A program made the position numbers and the translations under genes. A stretch of 64,000 nt of DNA from Mobula hypostoma (Eukaryota). The stretch is from NCBI RefSeq assembly GCF_963921235.1, contig NC_086097.1, positions 233,308,001 through 233,372,000 of the forward strand, in the 5' to 3' direction. Of this stretch, positions 1 to 12,809 are shown piece by piece. Below the pieces are notes generated by a model. The model searched no databases and was not told the origin of the DNA. It saw only the letters and a list, made by a program, of their open reading frames with translations. Numbering within the stretch: position 1 is the first letter of the stretch; every line of letters begins with the position of its first letter.

Positions 1-1885
1 GATGAGGTACGAAGGTAAGCTAGCCAAGAATATAAAGGAGGATAGTAAAAGCTTCTTTAGGTGTGTGAAGAGGAAAAAATTAGTTAAGAACAAAGTTGGG
101 CCCTTGAAGACAGAAACGGGTGAAATTATTATGGGGAACAAGGAAATGGCAGATGAGCTGAACAGGTACATTGGATCTGTCTTCACTAGGGAAGACACAA
201 ACAATTTCCCAGATATAATAGTGGCCAGAGGACCTAGGGTAACGGAGGAACTGAAGGAAATTCGAATTAGGCAGAAAATGGAGTTGGGTGAACTGATGGG
301 ACTGAAGGCTGACAAATCCCCAGGCCCTGATGGTCTGCATCCCAGGGTACTTAAAGAGGTGGCTCTAGGAATCGTGGATGCATTGCTAATCACTTTCTAA
401 TGTTTTATAGATTCAGGATCAGTTCCTGCGGATTGGAGGGTAGCTAATGTTATCCCACTTTTTAAGAAAGGAGGGAGAGAGTATATGCAATTATAGACCA
501 GTTAGTCTGACATCAGTGGTGGGGAAGATACTGGAGTCAATTATGAAAGATGAAATAGCGGCATATTTGGATAGCAGTAGCAGGATAGGTCCGAGTCAGC
601 ATGGATTTACGAAGGGGAAATCATGCTTGACTAATCTTCTGGAATTTTTTGAGGACGTAACTATGAAAATGGACATGGGAAAGCCAGTGGATGTATTCTA
701 CCTGGACTTTCAGAAAGCCTTTGATAAGGTCCCACATAGGAGGTTAGTGGGCAAAATTAGAACACATGGTATTGGGGGTAGGGTACTGACATTGATAGAA
801 AATTGGTTGGCAGACAGGAAACAAAGAGTAGGGATTAACGGATCCTTTTCAGAATGGCAGGCAGTGTCTAGTGGGGTACCGCAAGGCTCGGTGCTGGGAC
901 TACAGCTATTTACAATATACATTAATGATTTAGATGAAGGGAGTAAAAGTAACATTAGCAAATTTGCAGATGACACAAAGCTGGGTGACAGTGTGAAATG
1001 TGAGGAGGATGTTATGAGAATGCAGGGTGACTTGGACAGGTTGGGTGAGTGGGCAGATGCATGGCAGATGCAGTTTAATGTGGATAAATGTGAGGTTATC
1101 CACTTTGGTGGCAAGAACCGGAAGGCAGATTACTATCTGAATCGTGTCAAGTTAGGAAAGGGGAAGTACAACAAGATCTGGGTGTCTTTGTTCATCAGTC
1201 ACTGAAAGTAAGCATACAGGTACAGCAGGCAGTGAAGACAGCTAATGACATGTTGGCCTTCATAACAAGGGGAGTTGAGTATAGGAGCAAAGAGGTCCTT
1301 CTCCAGTTGTACAAGGCCCTGGTGAGACCCCACCTGGAGTATTGTGTGCAGTTTTGGTCTCCAAATTTGAGGAAGGAAGTTCTTGCTGTAGAAGTAGTGC
1401 AGCATAGGTCCACGAGGTTAATTCCCGGGATGATGGGACTGTCATATGTTGAAAGATTGGAGCGACTGGGCTTGTATACACTGGAATTTAGAAGGATGAG
1501 AGGGGATCTGATTGAAACATATAAGATTATTATAATGGATTGGACACGCTAGAGGCAGGAAACATGTTCCCGATGTTGGGGGAGTCCAGAACCAGAGGCC
1601 ACAGTTTAAGAATTAGGGGTAGACCATTTAGAACAGAGTTGAGGAAAAACTTTTTCACACAGAGGGTTGTGGATCTGTGGAATGCTCTTCCTCAGAAGGC
1701 AGTGGAGGCCAATTCTTTGGATTCTTTCAAGAAAGAGTTAGATAGAGCTCTTAAAGATAGTGTTATGAGGAGAAGGCAGGAACGGGGTACTGATTGTGGA
1801 TGATCAGCCATGATCACAGTGAATGGCGGTTCTGGCTCAAAGGGCCAAATGGCCTACTCCTGCACCTATTGTCTATTGTCTGTTG
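1..1885 (+). mobile_element. CR1-clade LINE, ORF2 (RT) and 3' UTR; runs off the window start; stops and frameshifts
   Basis: ORFs 2-400, 447-1205, 1232-1552 and 1540-1803 give KSPGPDG, NYRPVSLTS, YLDFQKAFDKVPH, GVPQGSVLG, KFADDTK and RPHLEYCVQFWSP; CR1 3' UTR ends in a cctattgtctattgtc tail. Confidence 0.95.
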
Positions 1886-1959
1886 CTGAAAGTACCCTGT
1901 CAAGGTTGAATCATGGTCTAGAACAGCAATTCAAATGTGCAAGAATACAAGAAGCAGGA

Positions 1960-2390
1960 AAGAGTAGCGGATTCAGCGTAATTCATCACAGGCATATCCC
2001 TCCCTACCATTAGTAGTATTTACATGAGGTGCTGCCCCAATAAGGCAACAGCAGTCATCAAAGATCTCCACCAAACGCGCCATACTACCTTTTTGTAGCA
2101 AGAGATACAGAAGCCTGACGCCCCACACCACCAGGTTCAAGAACTTCTGCTTCCCTTCAACCGTTCATTTACAGACCAACCTGCACAACCATAATCACTA
2201 CCTCACTGTGGTAACACTGTGATCACTTTGACCATTTTGCATTTTATTCATTCTATTCTAATTCCCTTTTATCTTGTGTAACTTTTGCATATAGTTGATG
2301 AGTGTTGTGTCTCTAATACTATGGTCCTACGATGCTGCTGCAGGTGAGTTTCCCACTGCACCTGTATATGTAGCAATAAACACAACTTTG
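1960..2390 (+). mobile_element. Degraded Rex1/Babar-type LINE 3' end
   Basis: Translates to ...KATAVIKDLH...RYRSLTPHTTRFKN.CFP, like the C-terminus of the Rex copy at 15722-16150; followed by aataaa. Confidence 0.7.
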
Positions 2391-3798
2391 ACAAAACACA
2401 CAATTAATTTCTGCAACAGACCAAAATGCACAACTGCTAAATATCACACATGGTTGCCTCAACTTAAAATATCTTTAGTGTTGAATTTTGGAGCCACAGG
2501 CCTGTTGTCTGTTTGAGAACATTGGAGATGCTAATGAAAGCTGACAGGTTCAGTTATAAGCCCCCGAGAGTAAGCAACTTACTTGAAAAGGACTGGAGCA
2601 AATGCAACTTATTATAACCTAAATTCATGCTTCAAGCACAGTAACAGTCTTCTACAGATTAAATAAAACTGGAAACGTGTCATGGCTGATGTGAAATTTA
2701 TAATCACACAGACATGACTGACACATAATATGCCCAAAACAGATTAGACTTAAAAAGTTTTAACAAGGTCTAAATCCTTTGTGGATATTGTGATCTGTCA
2801 TTTGATTTAATGTTTGTTTAAGCTTTCTAAAATTCACATTGCTTTTTTTTTCCACAAGGTACATTTTCAGTGAGAGTGCAAAGACCACAGGTTAATCCAT
2901 TTGTCTGTGAACCAGAATGCACAATCCTAATCACCATCTCAGTATAGCAATGTTATGTCAAATAATACTGAGTTGAGCAACCTAACATCTAACGCCATGT
3001 TACTCAAAGCAATCAGAACTGGAGTTAAAATGGGCATTGGGTCCTTATTACCACATGCAGAGGCCAAATGCCTATTACACAATGTAATGCTTCAGTAAAT
3101 TTCTAAACAATAACTGCTGACTCCACCCACTCTAGCGGTCACCTATTCACCAAATTGCCATCGGGGAGATGCTACAATTCCATCACTACCAAAACTGCCC
3201 ATCATCTCCAAAGCTTCTGTCTTGTAGCTATCCAGTTTCTCATCATAACTCACACAGGTGTAATAACTCAACTGATCTTGCACAATATCCGTTAACTCGT
3301 CTTCCCTGCTCTCCTGGTTCTATTGATAATTATTAAGTCTGTTCATATGTTCACGTTTATTTAAGTCTGAATATTGACATTTGTGTATGTGACCATTCTG
3401 CTAATTGTTGATTGCTCATGGCTGTTTTCACTATTGTTTTCTAAGTTGTTGGTTGCTATTGTGTTGTCTGTTGAGGTATTGTCCTGTGTTTTATGCTTTA
3501 CACTGAACCACAATCATTTCTGGTATGTTTCACACACTGGCAATAAAGTGATTCTGATTCTGAATATGGGGTCTAGTGTCTTTCAGGTATCCTTATAATA
3601 TGGGATAGACCCACCCTCCCCAACTCCCGGGATCCCCACTGACGGCCATTTTATGCCTTTGTTCCAATTTCTTCTGAACATTTTACTGTTACTTCAACAA
3701 ATGACAATTTCTAATACTGCCTTTTACTTCAGCAACTTCTACAGTATGTGTTTATATTAGTTTGAGGTAAAATAGATGATGTTCTGCTCATAGTGTAA

Positions 3799-4204
3799 TC
3801 ACTCGAGTTGAGTATGACGTTCTCCTATAGGATTGTCCATTGATGGGTCTACAGGTGGCTGCAGAGGCAAATCTGGGATCCAAATCTGGCGCAGTGTGGG
3901 CCAGACTTCACAATCTGCCTCCTTTTCCACTTGCCGATCACCACAGGAATGAATCCATGATGTTAGTGTGGATTCCCTCAATGGAGAACGCCCGTGCGTG
4001 ACTTGGTTTAATGTGGGGAGGCTGATGCACAGTCAGCCACCTAATCACTATCTCAGATGGTCACTATCGTGACAGATCGGGCTCAAGGTTCAGCGGCATA
4101 GAATGCAAAACAACTGAGGCCCCTTCACTGCCATATCCTTCCTCCACCTTCACTGCCGTTGCGATGTGTCATCATCTTCCGCCAGCTCCACTGTTGTGGT
4201 CTTG
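3799..4204 (-). mobile_element. RTE-derived non-autonomous remnant (same family as 12810-13280)
   Basis: Reverse complement (gagctggcggaagatgatgacacatcgcaacggcagtgaaggtggaggaagg) aligns with 12985-13050. Confidence 0.6.
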
Positions 4205-5066
4205 CATGTGTTTCCCGATCAATAAGTTAGTTAGAGTCTATGATCACATTAAAAGGGCACAGCTCACAACGATGACCCCAATTTTTGATTTTCTGATCAT
4301 ATATGGCTAAAAGATAATTCCTTCCACAACTGAGCAGGTAAATTGGAACACAATAATTATGGGGTGATAGCAGCCTAAGCACAAGAACAAAATAACTTCT
4401 GGCAAATTGGTTGCACGATTAACAACACTCTGATTTTCTTCTACATCCAATAAGATATCTATAATATGCAGTGAATGTTGCTTATACAGTTTGTACAGTT
4501 TGTAATAAGTGTGTCAAATGTTCACACATTAATTTTGTCAAATGGAATTCCTGGAAAATAATTTTTGAATTTTGCACCTGTGGAAAACGACAAAATTTCA
4601 AATAATGGCTTGTATTTAACCACCTGTGAAACGTAGGCTGATTAAAAAATAATGGCAGATGGAGTTCAGTCTGGAAAAACGTGAAGCAACAGATGGATCT
4701 TGGCATCTGCGTCCATGAATCCCTCAAAATTGCTGCAAAATTGTAAGAGATGGTTAACAAGGTGTATGGTAGTTTGGTCTTCATTAGTTGGGAGATTGAA
4801 TTCAAGGTAATTCTGAGGTAATTTTGCAGTTTTATAAACCCTTGGCTAGACCACACTTCAGTCACATCATTACAGGAAGGATGTAGAAGCTTTAGAGAGG
4901 GTGCAGTGAAGATTTAGCTGGATGTTGCCTGGAGTACAGACCATGTTTTATGACAGGTTGAGCGAGCTAGGGCTTTTCTCTTTAGAATGAAGGGGGCTGA
5001 GATTTGAAAGAAGTGTGTAGGATGATAAAAGGCATAGATTGAGAGGATAACAAGATTCTTTTTCCA

Positions 5067-5684
5067 ATGACGAGATTCTTCTTCCAGGATGACTTACCTG
5101 GGACAAGCTACAGTAGCCGGATCTCTGGCACTGAGTCTGGCTCTGCAGTGCAGAAGGGAGGGTGGAAAAACAGGAGAGCGGTAGTGATAGGGGATTCGAT
5201 AGTTAGAGGTGCAGATAGGAGGTTCTGTGGTCGTGACAGAGAATTCAGGATGGTTTGTTGCCTCCCAGGTGCCAGGGTCAAGGCTGTCTCTGATCGCTTG
5301 CATGACATTCTGAAGTGGGAGGGTGATCAGCCAGATGTCGTGGTGCACATCGGTACCAATGACAGAGCAAGGAAGAGTGAGGAGGTCCTGGAGAGTGAGT
5401 ATAGAGAGCTTGGCAGGAAGTTGAAAAGCAGGACCTCAAGGGTGGTAATCTCAGGATTGCTACCTGTGCTAGGTGCCAGTAAGGGTAGGAATAGGATGCT
5501 CTGGAGGATGAACAAGTGGCTGAGGAACTGGTGTAGGGGACAGGGTTTCAGATTTCAGGATCATTGGGACCTCTTCTGGGGCCGGTGGGACCTGTACAAG
5601 AGAGACGGGTTACACTTGAACTACAGGGGGACCAATATCCTTTCAGGGCGGTTTGTTAGTGCTATCGGGGAGGCTTTAAACTAG
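5067..5684 (+). CDS. CR1 ORF1 C-terminal SGNH/GDSL esterase-like domain (5'-truncated, transposon-derived)
   Basis: VVIGDSIVRG, CLPGA, VVHIGTND and DGLHLN motifs. Confidence 0.85.
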   Translation: MTRFFFQDDLPGTSYSSRISGTESGSAVQKGGWKNRRAVVIGDSIVRGADRRFCGRDREFRMVCCLPGARVKAVSDRLHDILKWEGDQPDVVVHIGTNDRARKSEEVLESEYRELGRKLKSRTSRVVISGLLPVLGASKGRNRMLWRMNKWLRNWCRGQGFRFQDHWDLFWGRWDLYKRDGLHLNYRGTNILSGRFVSAIGEALN

Positions 5685-8461
5685 ATTTACAGGGGGATGG
5701 GAACCAGAGTACCAGAGCTGACAGTGTGGCTGGGGTGAAAATAAATGATGTTAAAAGTTCAAGCAAATCCACTAATAGAAAGGTTGTGAGTGGTGGTAAA
5801 ACTCTTCTGAGGTGTATATATTTCAATGCTAGGAGTATTGCGGGGAAGGCAGATGAGTTGAGGGCGTGGATTGACACGTGGAATTATGATGTTATAGCAA
5901 TTAGTGAAACTTGGCTACAGGAGGGCAGGACTGGCAGCTTAATATTCCAGGGTTCCGATGTTTCAGATGTGATCGAGGCAGAGAAATGAAAGGTGGGGGA
6001 GTAGCATTGCTTGTTAGGGAAAATATTACAGCAGTGCTCAGGCAGGACAGATTAGAGAGAGGGCTTGTCTACTGAGTCCTTATGGGTGGAGCTGAGAAAC
6101 AGGAAAGGTATGGCCACATTAGTGGGATTGTATTACAGACCACCCAATAGTCAACGAGCATTGGAAGAGCAAATCTGCAGAGAGATAGCAGGCAACTGCA
6201 GGGAACATAAAGTTGTGGTGGTAGGGGATTTTAACTTTCCATATATTGATTGGGACTCCCATACAGTCAGGGGTCTAGATGGTTTAGAGTTTGTAAAATG
6301 TGTTCAGGAAAGTTTTCTAAATCAATATATAGAGGAACCAACTAGAGGGGATGCTAGTTAGGATTGGGACAGGTTGTTCTCTGGCAAAGATGTGATCGGT
6401 AGGTGGGAAGCCTTCAAAGGAGAAATTTTGAGAGTGCAGAATTTGTATGTTCCTGTCAGGATTAAAGACAAAGTGAATAGGAATAAGGAATCTTGGTTCT
6501 CAAGGGATACTGCAACTCTGATAAAGAAGAAGAAGGAGTTGTATGACATGTATGGAAGCAGGGAGTAAATAAGGTGCTTGAGGAGTATAAGAAGTGCAAG
6601 AAAATACTTAAGAAAGAAATCAGGAGGGCTAAAAGAAGACATGAGGTTGCCTTGGCAGTCAAAGTGAAGGATAATCCAAAGAGCTTTTACAGGTATATTA
6701 AGAGCAAAAGGATTGTAAGGGATAAAATTGGTCCTCTTGAAGATCAGAGTGGTCGGCTATGTGCGGAACCAAAGGAAATGGGGGAGACCTTAAATAGGTT
6801 TTTTGCGTCTGTATTTACTAAGGAAACTGACATGAAGTCTATGGAATTAAGGGAAACAAGTAGTGAGATCATGGAAACTGTACAGGTTGAAAAGGAGGAG
6901 GTGCTTGCTGTCCTGAGGAAAATTAAAGTGGATAAATCCCTGGGACCTGACAGGGTGTTCCCTCGGACCTTGAAGGAGACTAGTGTTGAAATTGCGGGGG
7001 CCCTGGCAGAAATACTTAAAATGTCGCTGTCTACAGGTGAGGTGCCGGAGGATTGGAGAGTGGCTCATGTTGTTCCGTTGTTTAAAAAAGGATCGATAAG
7101 TAATCGGGAAATTATAGGCCAGTAAGTTTAACGTCAGTAGTAGGTAAGTTATTGAAGGGAGTACTAAGAGACAGAATCTACAAGCATTTGGATAGACAGG
7201 GACTTATTAGGGAGAGTCAACATGGCTTTGTGCGTGGTAGGTCATGTTTGACCAATCTATTGGAGTTTTTTGAGGAGGTTACCAGGAAAGTGGATGAAGG
7301 GAAGGCAGTGGATGTTGTCTACATGGACTTCAGTAAGGCCTTTGACAAGGCTCCGCATGGGAGGTTAGTTAGGAAAATTCAGTCGCTAGGTATACATGGA
7401 GAGGTCGTAAATTGGTTTAGACATTGGCTCAATGGGAGAAGCCAAAGAGTGGTAGTAGAGAATTGCTTCTCCGAGTGGAGGCCTGTGACTAGTGGTGTGC
7501 CACAGGGATCAGTACTGGGTCCATTGTTATTTGTCATCTATATCAATGATCTGGATGATAATGTGGTAAATTGGATCAGCAAATTTGCTGATGATACAAA
7601 GATTGGAGGTGTAGTAGACAGTGAGGAAGGTTTTCAGAGCCTGCAGAGGGACTTGGACCAGCTGGAAAAATGGGCTGAAAAATGGCAGATGGAGTTTAAT
7701 ACAGACAAGTGTGAGGTATTGCACGTTGGAAGGACAAACCAACGTAGAACATACAGGGTTAATGGTAAGGCACTGAGGAGTGCAGTGGAACAGAGGGATC
7801 TGGGAATACAGATACAAAATTCCCTAAAAGTGGCGTCACAGGTAGATAGGGTCGTAAAGAGAGCTTTTGGTACATTGGCCTTTATTAATCAAAGTATTGA
7901 GTATAAGAGCTGGAATGTTATGATGAGCTTGTATAAGGCATTGGTGAGGCCGAATCTGGAGTATTGTGTTCAGTTTTGGTCACCAAATTTCAGGAAGGAT
8001 ATAAATAAGGTTGAAAGAGTGCAGTGAAGGTTTACAATGATGTTGCCAGGACTTGAGAAACTCAGTTACAGAGGAAGGTTGAATAGGTTAGGACTTTATT
8101 TCCTGGAGCGTAGAAGAATGAGGGGAGATTTGATAGAGGTATATAAAATTACGATAGGTATAGATAGAGTGAACGCAAGCAAGCTTTTTCCACTGAGGCA
8201 AGGGGAGAAAAAAACCAGAGGACATGGGTCAAGGGTGGGGGGGGGGCTTCTTCACACAGAAAGTGGTGGGAGTATGGACCAGATGAGGTGGTAAATGCAG
8301 GTTTTTTTTAACATTTAAGAATAAATTGGACAGATACATGGATGGGAGGTGTATGGAGGGATATGGTCCGTGTGCAGGCCAGTGGGACTAGGCAGAAAAT
8401 GGTTCGGCACAGCCAAGAAGGGCCAAAAGGCCTGTTTCTGTGCTGTAGTTTTTCTATGGTT
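5087..8461 (+). mobile_element. CR1 LINE with partial ORF1 and ORF2 (endonuclease partly deleted, RT), 3' tail
   Basis: ORF1 esterase motifs, APE motifs (YFNARS, ISETWL, YYRPP, GDFN), RT motifs, tail tttctatggtttct; junction near 6352 removes the endonuclease C-terminus. Confidence 0.95.
7152..8027 (+). CDS. CR1 ORF2 reverse transcriptase core fragment
   Basis: QHGF, YMDFSKAFD, GVPQGSVLGP and KFADDTK; ends at a premature stop. Confidence 0.85.
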   Translation: MKGVLRDRIYKHLDRQGLIRESQHGFVRGRSCLTNLLEFFEEVTRKVDEGKAVDVVYMDFSKAFDKAPHGRLVRKIQSLGIHGEVVNWFRHWLNGRSQRVVVENCFSEWRPVTSGVPQGSVLGPLLFVIYINDLDDNVVNWISKFADDTKIGGVVDSEEGFQSLQRDLDQLEKWAEKWQMEFNTDKCEVLHVGRTNQRRTYRVNGKALRSAVEQRDLGIQIQNSLKVASQVDRVVKRAFGTLAFINQSIEYKSWNVMMSLYKALVRPNLEYCVQFWSPNFRKDINKVERVQ

Positions 8462-8929
8462 TTCTTTTTCTAAAGGTAGAAATGAGTAATACCAGCGGGC
8501 ATTATTTTAAAGTGATTGGAGGAAAGTATGGGGGAGATATCAGAAGTGCTTTCTTTATACATGTTCCTCCAGCGTGTTGAGCGTGTTTCTTTATACAAGG
8601 AGTGGTGGGTGGATGGAATGCTCTTCAGGGTTGGTGGTAAAGACTGCTGCATTAGGGGCACTTAAGAAACTCTTACATGGATGATAGAACAATGGAGGGC
8701 TTTGTAAGAGGGTATGGGTAGATTAATCTTAGAGTAGGTTGAAAGGTTGCCAATATTTCATAGGCCAAGGAAGCTGTACTGTGCCCTAATGTTCTGTTTT
8801 AAAAACCAAATATATATTCACTTAGTTTCTATGACATACAAGTTTAGTAAACTCAAATCATTCATTCCAATGGCCCAATCAGCAGCAGGAGTAGACCACA
8901 GTGAGGAGCTTTCTCACAGGCTGGTGACG

Positions 8930-11900
8930 CATGTTTAAAACTACAGAAAGGAAAAGCAGGGCAGCCATTGTTGGGAGTAGGCCCAGGCTGAGAGTAGGAG
9001 TGTCAGGCTTTCTGCTAGGGTTGCCCTTTCTTTTCTCTTACTGTACCAAGTGTAGTAAATGGCCATTAGGTGTTCTTCATGCTGGATGTTGGAGTCCTGG
9101 GAGACCCAGAGTCTCCCAGTGAATTAAATCTGCATGAAGTGCATCCAGCTGCAGCTCTTGAAGACAGTATGAGGGATCTGGGGCAGCAGCTGGATAATCT
9201 TCAGCTTGTATGGGAGAGTGAGCAGATAATCGATCAGAGTTACAGGGAAGTAGTCACCCTTACATTGCAGAAGGTGAGTAGCTGGATGATTGTCAGGAGA
9301 AATGGAAATGTGAATAGGCAGCTAGCACAGAGCACCCCTGTGGCCATTCCCCTCAACAATAAGTATACCATTTTGGATACTGTTTTGGAGATGACCTCCC
9401 AGGGGAATGAAACGGAGACTGGTTTACTGTCACTGAGCATAGGTCCGTGGTGCAGAAGGGAAAGAGGAAGAAGAGAGGAGTGGTAGTGTTAGGCAACTCG
9501 ATAGAGGAACAGACAGGAGATTCGGTGGATGTGAACGGGACACGTCAATGTTATGTTGTCTCCCAGGTGCCAGGGTCAGGGATGTCTCGGATCGCGTCCG
9601 TAACATATTGGAAAGGGAGGGAGAGCAGCCTGATGTCTTGGTACATATTGGTACCAATAACATAGGAAGGAAAAGCAAATAGGTCCTGAAAAGAGAATTC
9701 AGAGAGCTAGGTAGAAGACTGAGAAGCAGGACCTCCTGGGTAGTAATTTCTGGATTGCTGCCTGTGCCACGCACCAGTGAGGGTAGAAACAGGATGATTT
9801 AGCAGATTAATGCGTGGCTGAGAAGCAGATGCTGGGCAGGACTTCAGCTTCTTGTATCATTGGAATCTCTCCTGGGGGAGGTGTGACCTATTCTGGGAAA
9901 AAATAAGCAAGGTGCAGGATAGATGTGTTCCAAAAATGAAGAAGTACTTAAAAGGTAAAATAGTACAATGTGGCTGACAAGGGAAGTCAAAGCTAATGTA
10001 AAAACAAAGCAAAAATTAGTGGGAAAACAAAGGATTGGAAGGCTTTTAAACCCCTACAGAGAGCAAATAAAATAATTATTAGGAGGGAAAATATGAAATA
10101 TGAAAGCAAGCTAGCAAACAATATCAAATGGATTGTAAAAGTTTTTTAAAGTATGTAAAAAATAAAAGAGATGAGAGTGATATAGGACTGCTAGAAAATG
10201 AGGCTGAAGAAATAATAATGGGATCCAAGGAGATGGCAGATGAACTAAATGAGTATTTTGCATTAGTTTTCACTTTGAAAGACACTAGCAGTGTGTCAGA
10301 TGTTGAAGGGTGTAAGGGAAGAGGAGTGAGTGCAGTTACTATTATAGGGAAGAAGGTGCTCTAAAAGCTGAAAGATCTGAGTGTAGGTTAGTCACCCGGA
10401 CCAAATGAACCGCACTCTAGGATTCTGAATGAGGTAGTGTTAGAGATTGTGGAGGCATTAGTAATGATCTTTCAAAAAATCATTGAACTCTGGGATGGTG
10501 CCAGCGGATTGGAAATTTGCAAATGTCACTCCACTCTTTAAGAAAGGAGGAAGGCAGCTGAAAGGAAATTATAGACCAGTTAGCCTGACCTCAGTGATTG
10601 GGAAGATGTTAGAGACAATTGTTAAGGATGAGGTGATGGACTACTTGCTGACACAGAACAAGATAGGACAAAGTCAGCATGGCTTCTTTAAGGGAAGATC
10701 TTGCCTGATGAACCCGTTCAAATTCTTTAAGGAGATTACACGTAAGATAGATAAAGGGGATGCAGTGGATGTTGTATATTTGGACTTCCAGAAGGCCTTT
10801 GACAAGGTGCTACACATGAGGCTGCTTGCCAAGTTAAGAACCCATGATATTACAGGAAATTTACTGACATGGTTAGAACATTGGCTGATTGGTAGGAGGC
10901 AGAAAGTGGGGATAAAAGGGTCCTTTTCTGGTTGGCTGCCAGTGCCTAGTGTGTTCCCCAGGGGTTGGTGTTGGGACCACTTCTTTTTCTGCTGTGTATC
11001 AATGATTAAATGATAGAATGGATGGTTTTGTTGCCAAGTTTGCAGATGATGCGAGGATTAGTAGAGGGGCAGCCAATGTTAAGGAAAAAGGTAGACTGCG
11101 GAAGGATTTAGACAGATTAGAAGAATGGGCAAGAGAGTGGCAAATGAAATACAACGTTGGAAAATGCATAGTAATGCCCTTTGGTAGTAGAAATAAATAT
11201 GCAGACTATTTTCTAAATAGGGAGAAAATCCAAAAATTTGAGATGCAATGGGACTTGGGAGTCCTTGTGCAGAACACTCTGAAGGTTCACTTGCAGGTAG
11301 AGTCAGTGGTGAGGAAGGCAAAAGCAATGCTAGCATTCGTTTCAAGAGGGCTAGAATACAAGAGCACAGATATGATGCTGAGGCTTTATAAGGCACTCAC
11401 CTTGAGTATTGTGAACAGTTTTGGGCTCCTCATCTAAGAAAAGGTGTGCTGCCATTGGAGCGGGTTCACAAGGGTGATTCTGGGAATGAAAGGGTTATCA
11501 TACAAGGAACGTTTGATAGCTCTGAGTCTGTACTCATTGGAATTCAGAAGGATGAGGGAGGATCCCATTCAAACCTTTTGAATATTGAAAGGCCAAGACA
11601 GAGTAGATGTGGAAAGGATGTTTCCTGTGGTGGGGGAGTCTTTGACTAGAGGGCACATCCTCAGGATAGAGGGGCATCCATTTAAAACAGAGATGTGGAG
11701 AAATTTCTTTCCCCAGATGGTGATGAATTTGTGGAACTTATTACAACAGGCAACTGTGGAGGGCAGGTCATTTGGTCTATTTAAGGCAGAGCTTGGTAGG
11801 TTCTTGATTGGACACTGCACCAAGGGTTATGGGGAGAAAGCCGAGGAATGGGGCAGAGGAAAGGAAAAAAAAGATCAGACTCGATGGGTCAATTGGCCTA

Positions 11901-11932
11901 ATTCTGCTCCTATAACTTATGGTCTTATGGTC
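8930..11932 (+). mobile_element. Degraded CR1 LINE(s): 5' UTR/ORF1 remnant joined to ORF2 RT and 3' UTR; endonuclease missing
   Basis: ORF1-like PVAIPLNNKYTILDTV and the HIGTN-encoding catattggtaccaat; junction near 9895; RT ORFs 10483-11013 and 11018-11437; tail ttatggtcttatggtc. Confidence 0.9.
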
Positions 11933-12417
11933 AATCTAAATGGAAGTAAAATTCATACAGATTCAAAATACTTCTGTGAACTTTATGGACAAATGCTTCA
12001 TTTTCGCTGCATGGACTGAGCACGTTGATGTATTTGAACACCAATTCTGAAATCTTGTTTCATCGTCTTCAGTGGAAGCCAGTTTCAGATGGAGATTTCA
12101 GTGTACCTGTGTAAGCTGCCAGTTTAATTTATCCAACCGAGGATGAATTTCTACCGTTGTTGAGCTGCCCCGAGCAGGCTGTAATAGGAAATGCAATTGT
12201 TTGGTTTCTGAAAAGTGCAGCTCAGCATTTTATAATCACCTAATTACTCATGTTTAACATTTTGAAAGGATATTGGTAATGTTGCTCCAAAGAAGATAAA
12301 CACCAGCCTATAAATCAATAGCTCTGAACTTTGATGAGAAGGTTGTGATGGAAATGTATTGTGTTTGGAATGTGAATCAATTAGTCTCTTTATGTATAAC
12401 TAGCCAGACATCAATCT

Positions 12418-12557
12418 CAAACAAGAGAAAGTATGCAGATGCTGGAAATCCAAGCAACACACACACACACAAATGCTGGAGGAGCTCAGTAGGCAAGGCA
12501 GCATCTATGGAAAAGAGTACAGTCAGCATTTCAGGCTGAGACCCTTCATCAGGACTG
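12418..12557 (-). mobile_element. Penelope-like terminal-repeat remnant with a decayed hammerhead motif (12520-12557)
   Basis: Reverse complement cagtc-ctgatga-agggtctcagcct-gaaa-tgct-gactg...gatgctgcc...ctccagcattt aligns with the 3' part of the GIY-YIG element at 27762-28366. Confidence 0.8.
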
Positions 12558-12809
12558 AATCACATCAATCCATCTGCCACAGATGTTCAGTTCAACATCA
12601 AACTGACATCAGTTTATATCAATCAATTTTGTGAAGGAAGGAAGGAAGCTTCAGCAAGTTGCTCTGATTTATCTGTATGCTTTTTGCAAATAAGTGCATT
12701 AATCAGATTCAGTTTATGTCAATATATTTTAAAATGTATCTCATGGAGATGGAAAGCATTCAGTTTGATACTGACATCCTGTGAATGATTAGAAACTTTC
12801 CCATCAGCA

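Larger units (their letters stand above)
4650..8800 (+). mobile_element. Old degraded CR1 3' fragment (4650-5064 and 8462-8800) interrupted by a younger CR1
   Basis: aatggcagatggagttca...ccacactt...gagaggataacaagattctttttc resumes at 8462 as ttctttttctaaaggtagaaatgagtaatacc; ttctttttc is duplicated at 5056-5064 and 8462-8470. Confidence 0.75.

Noticed and set aside
710..1114. Recurrent antisense ORFs (MPPKWITSHLSTLNC...; also 57774-58178, 58197-58718 and 62005-62409)
   Set aside because: These are shadows of the CR1 RT frame and recur only because the element recurs.
5067..5684. GDSL esterase as a cellular lipase gene
   Set aside because: It is the known esterase domain of CR1 ORF1, directly followed by the ORF2 endonuclease.
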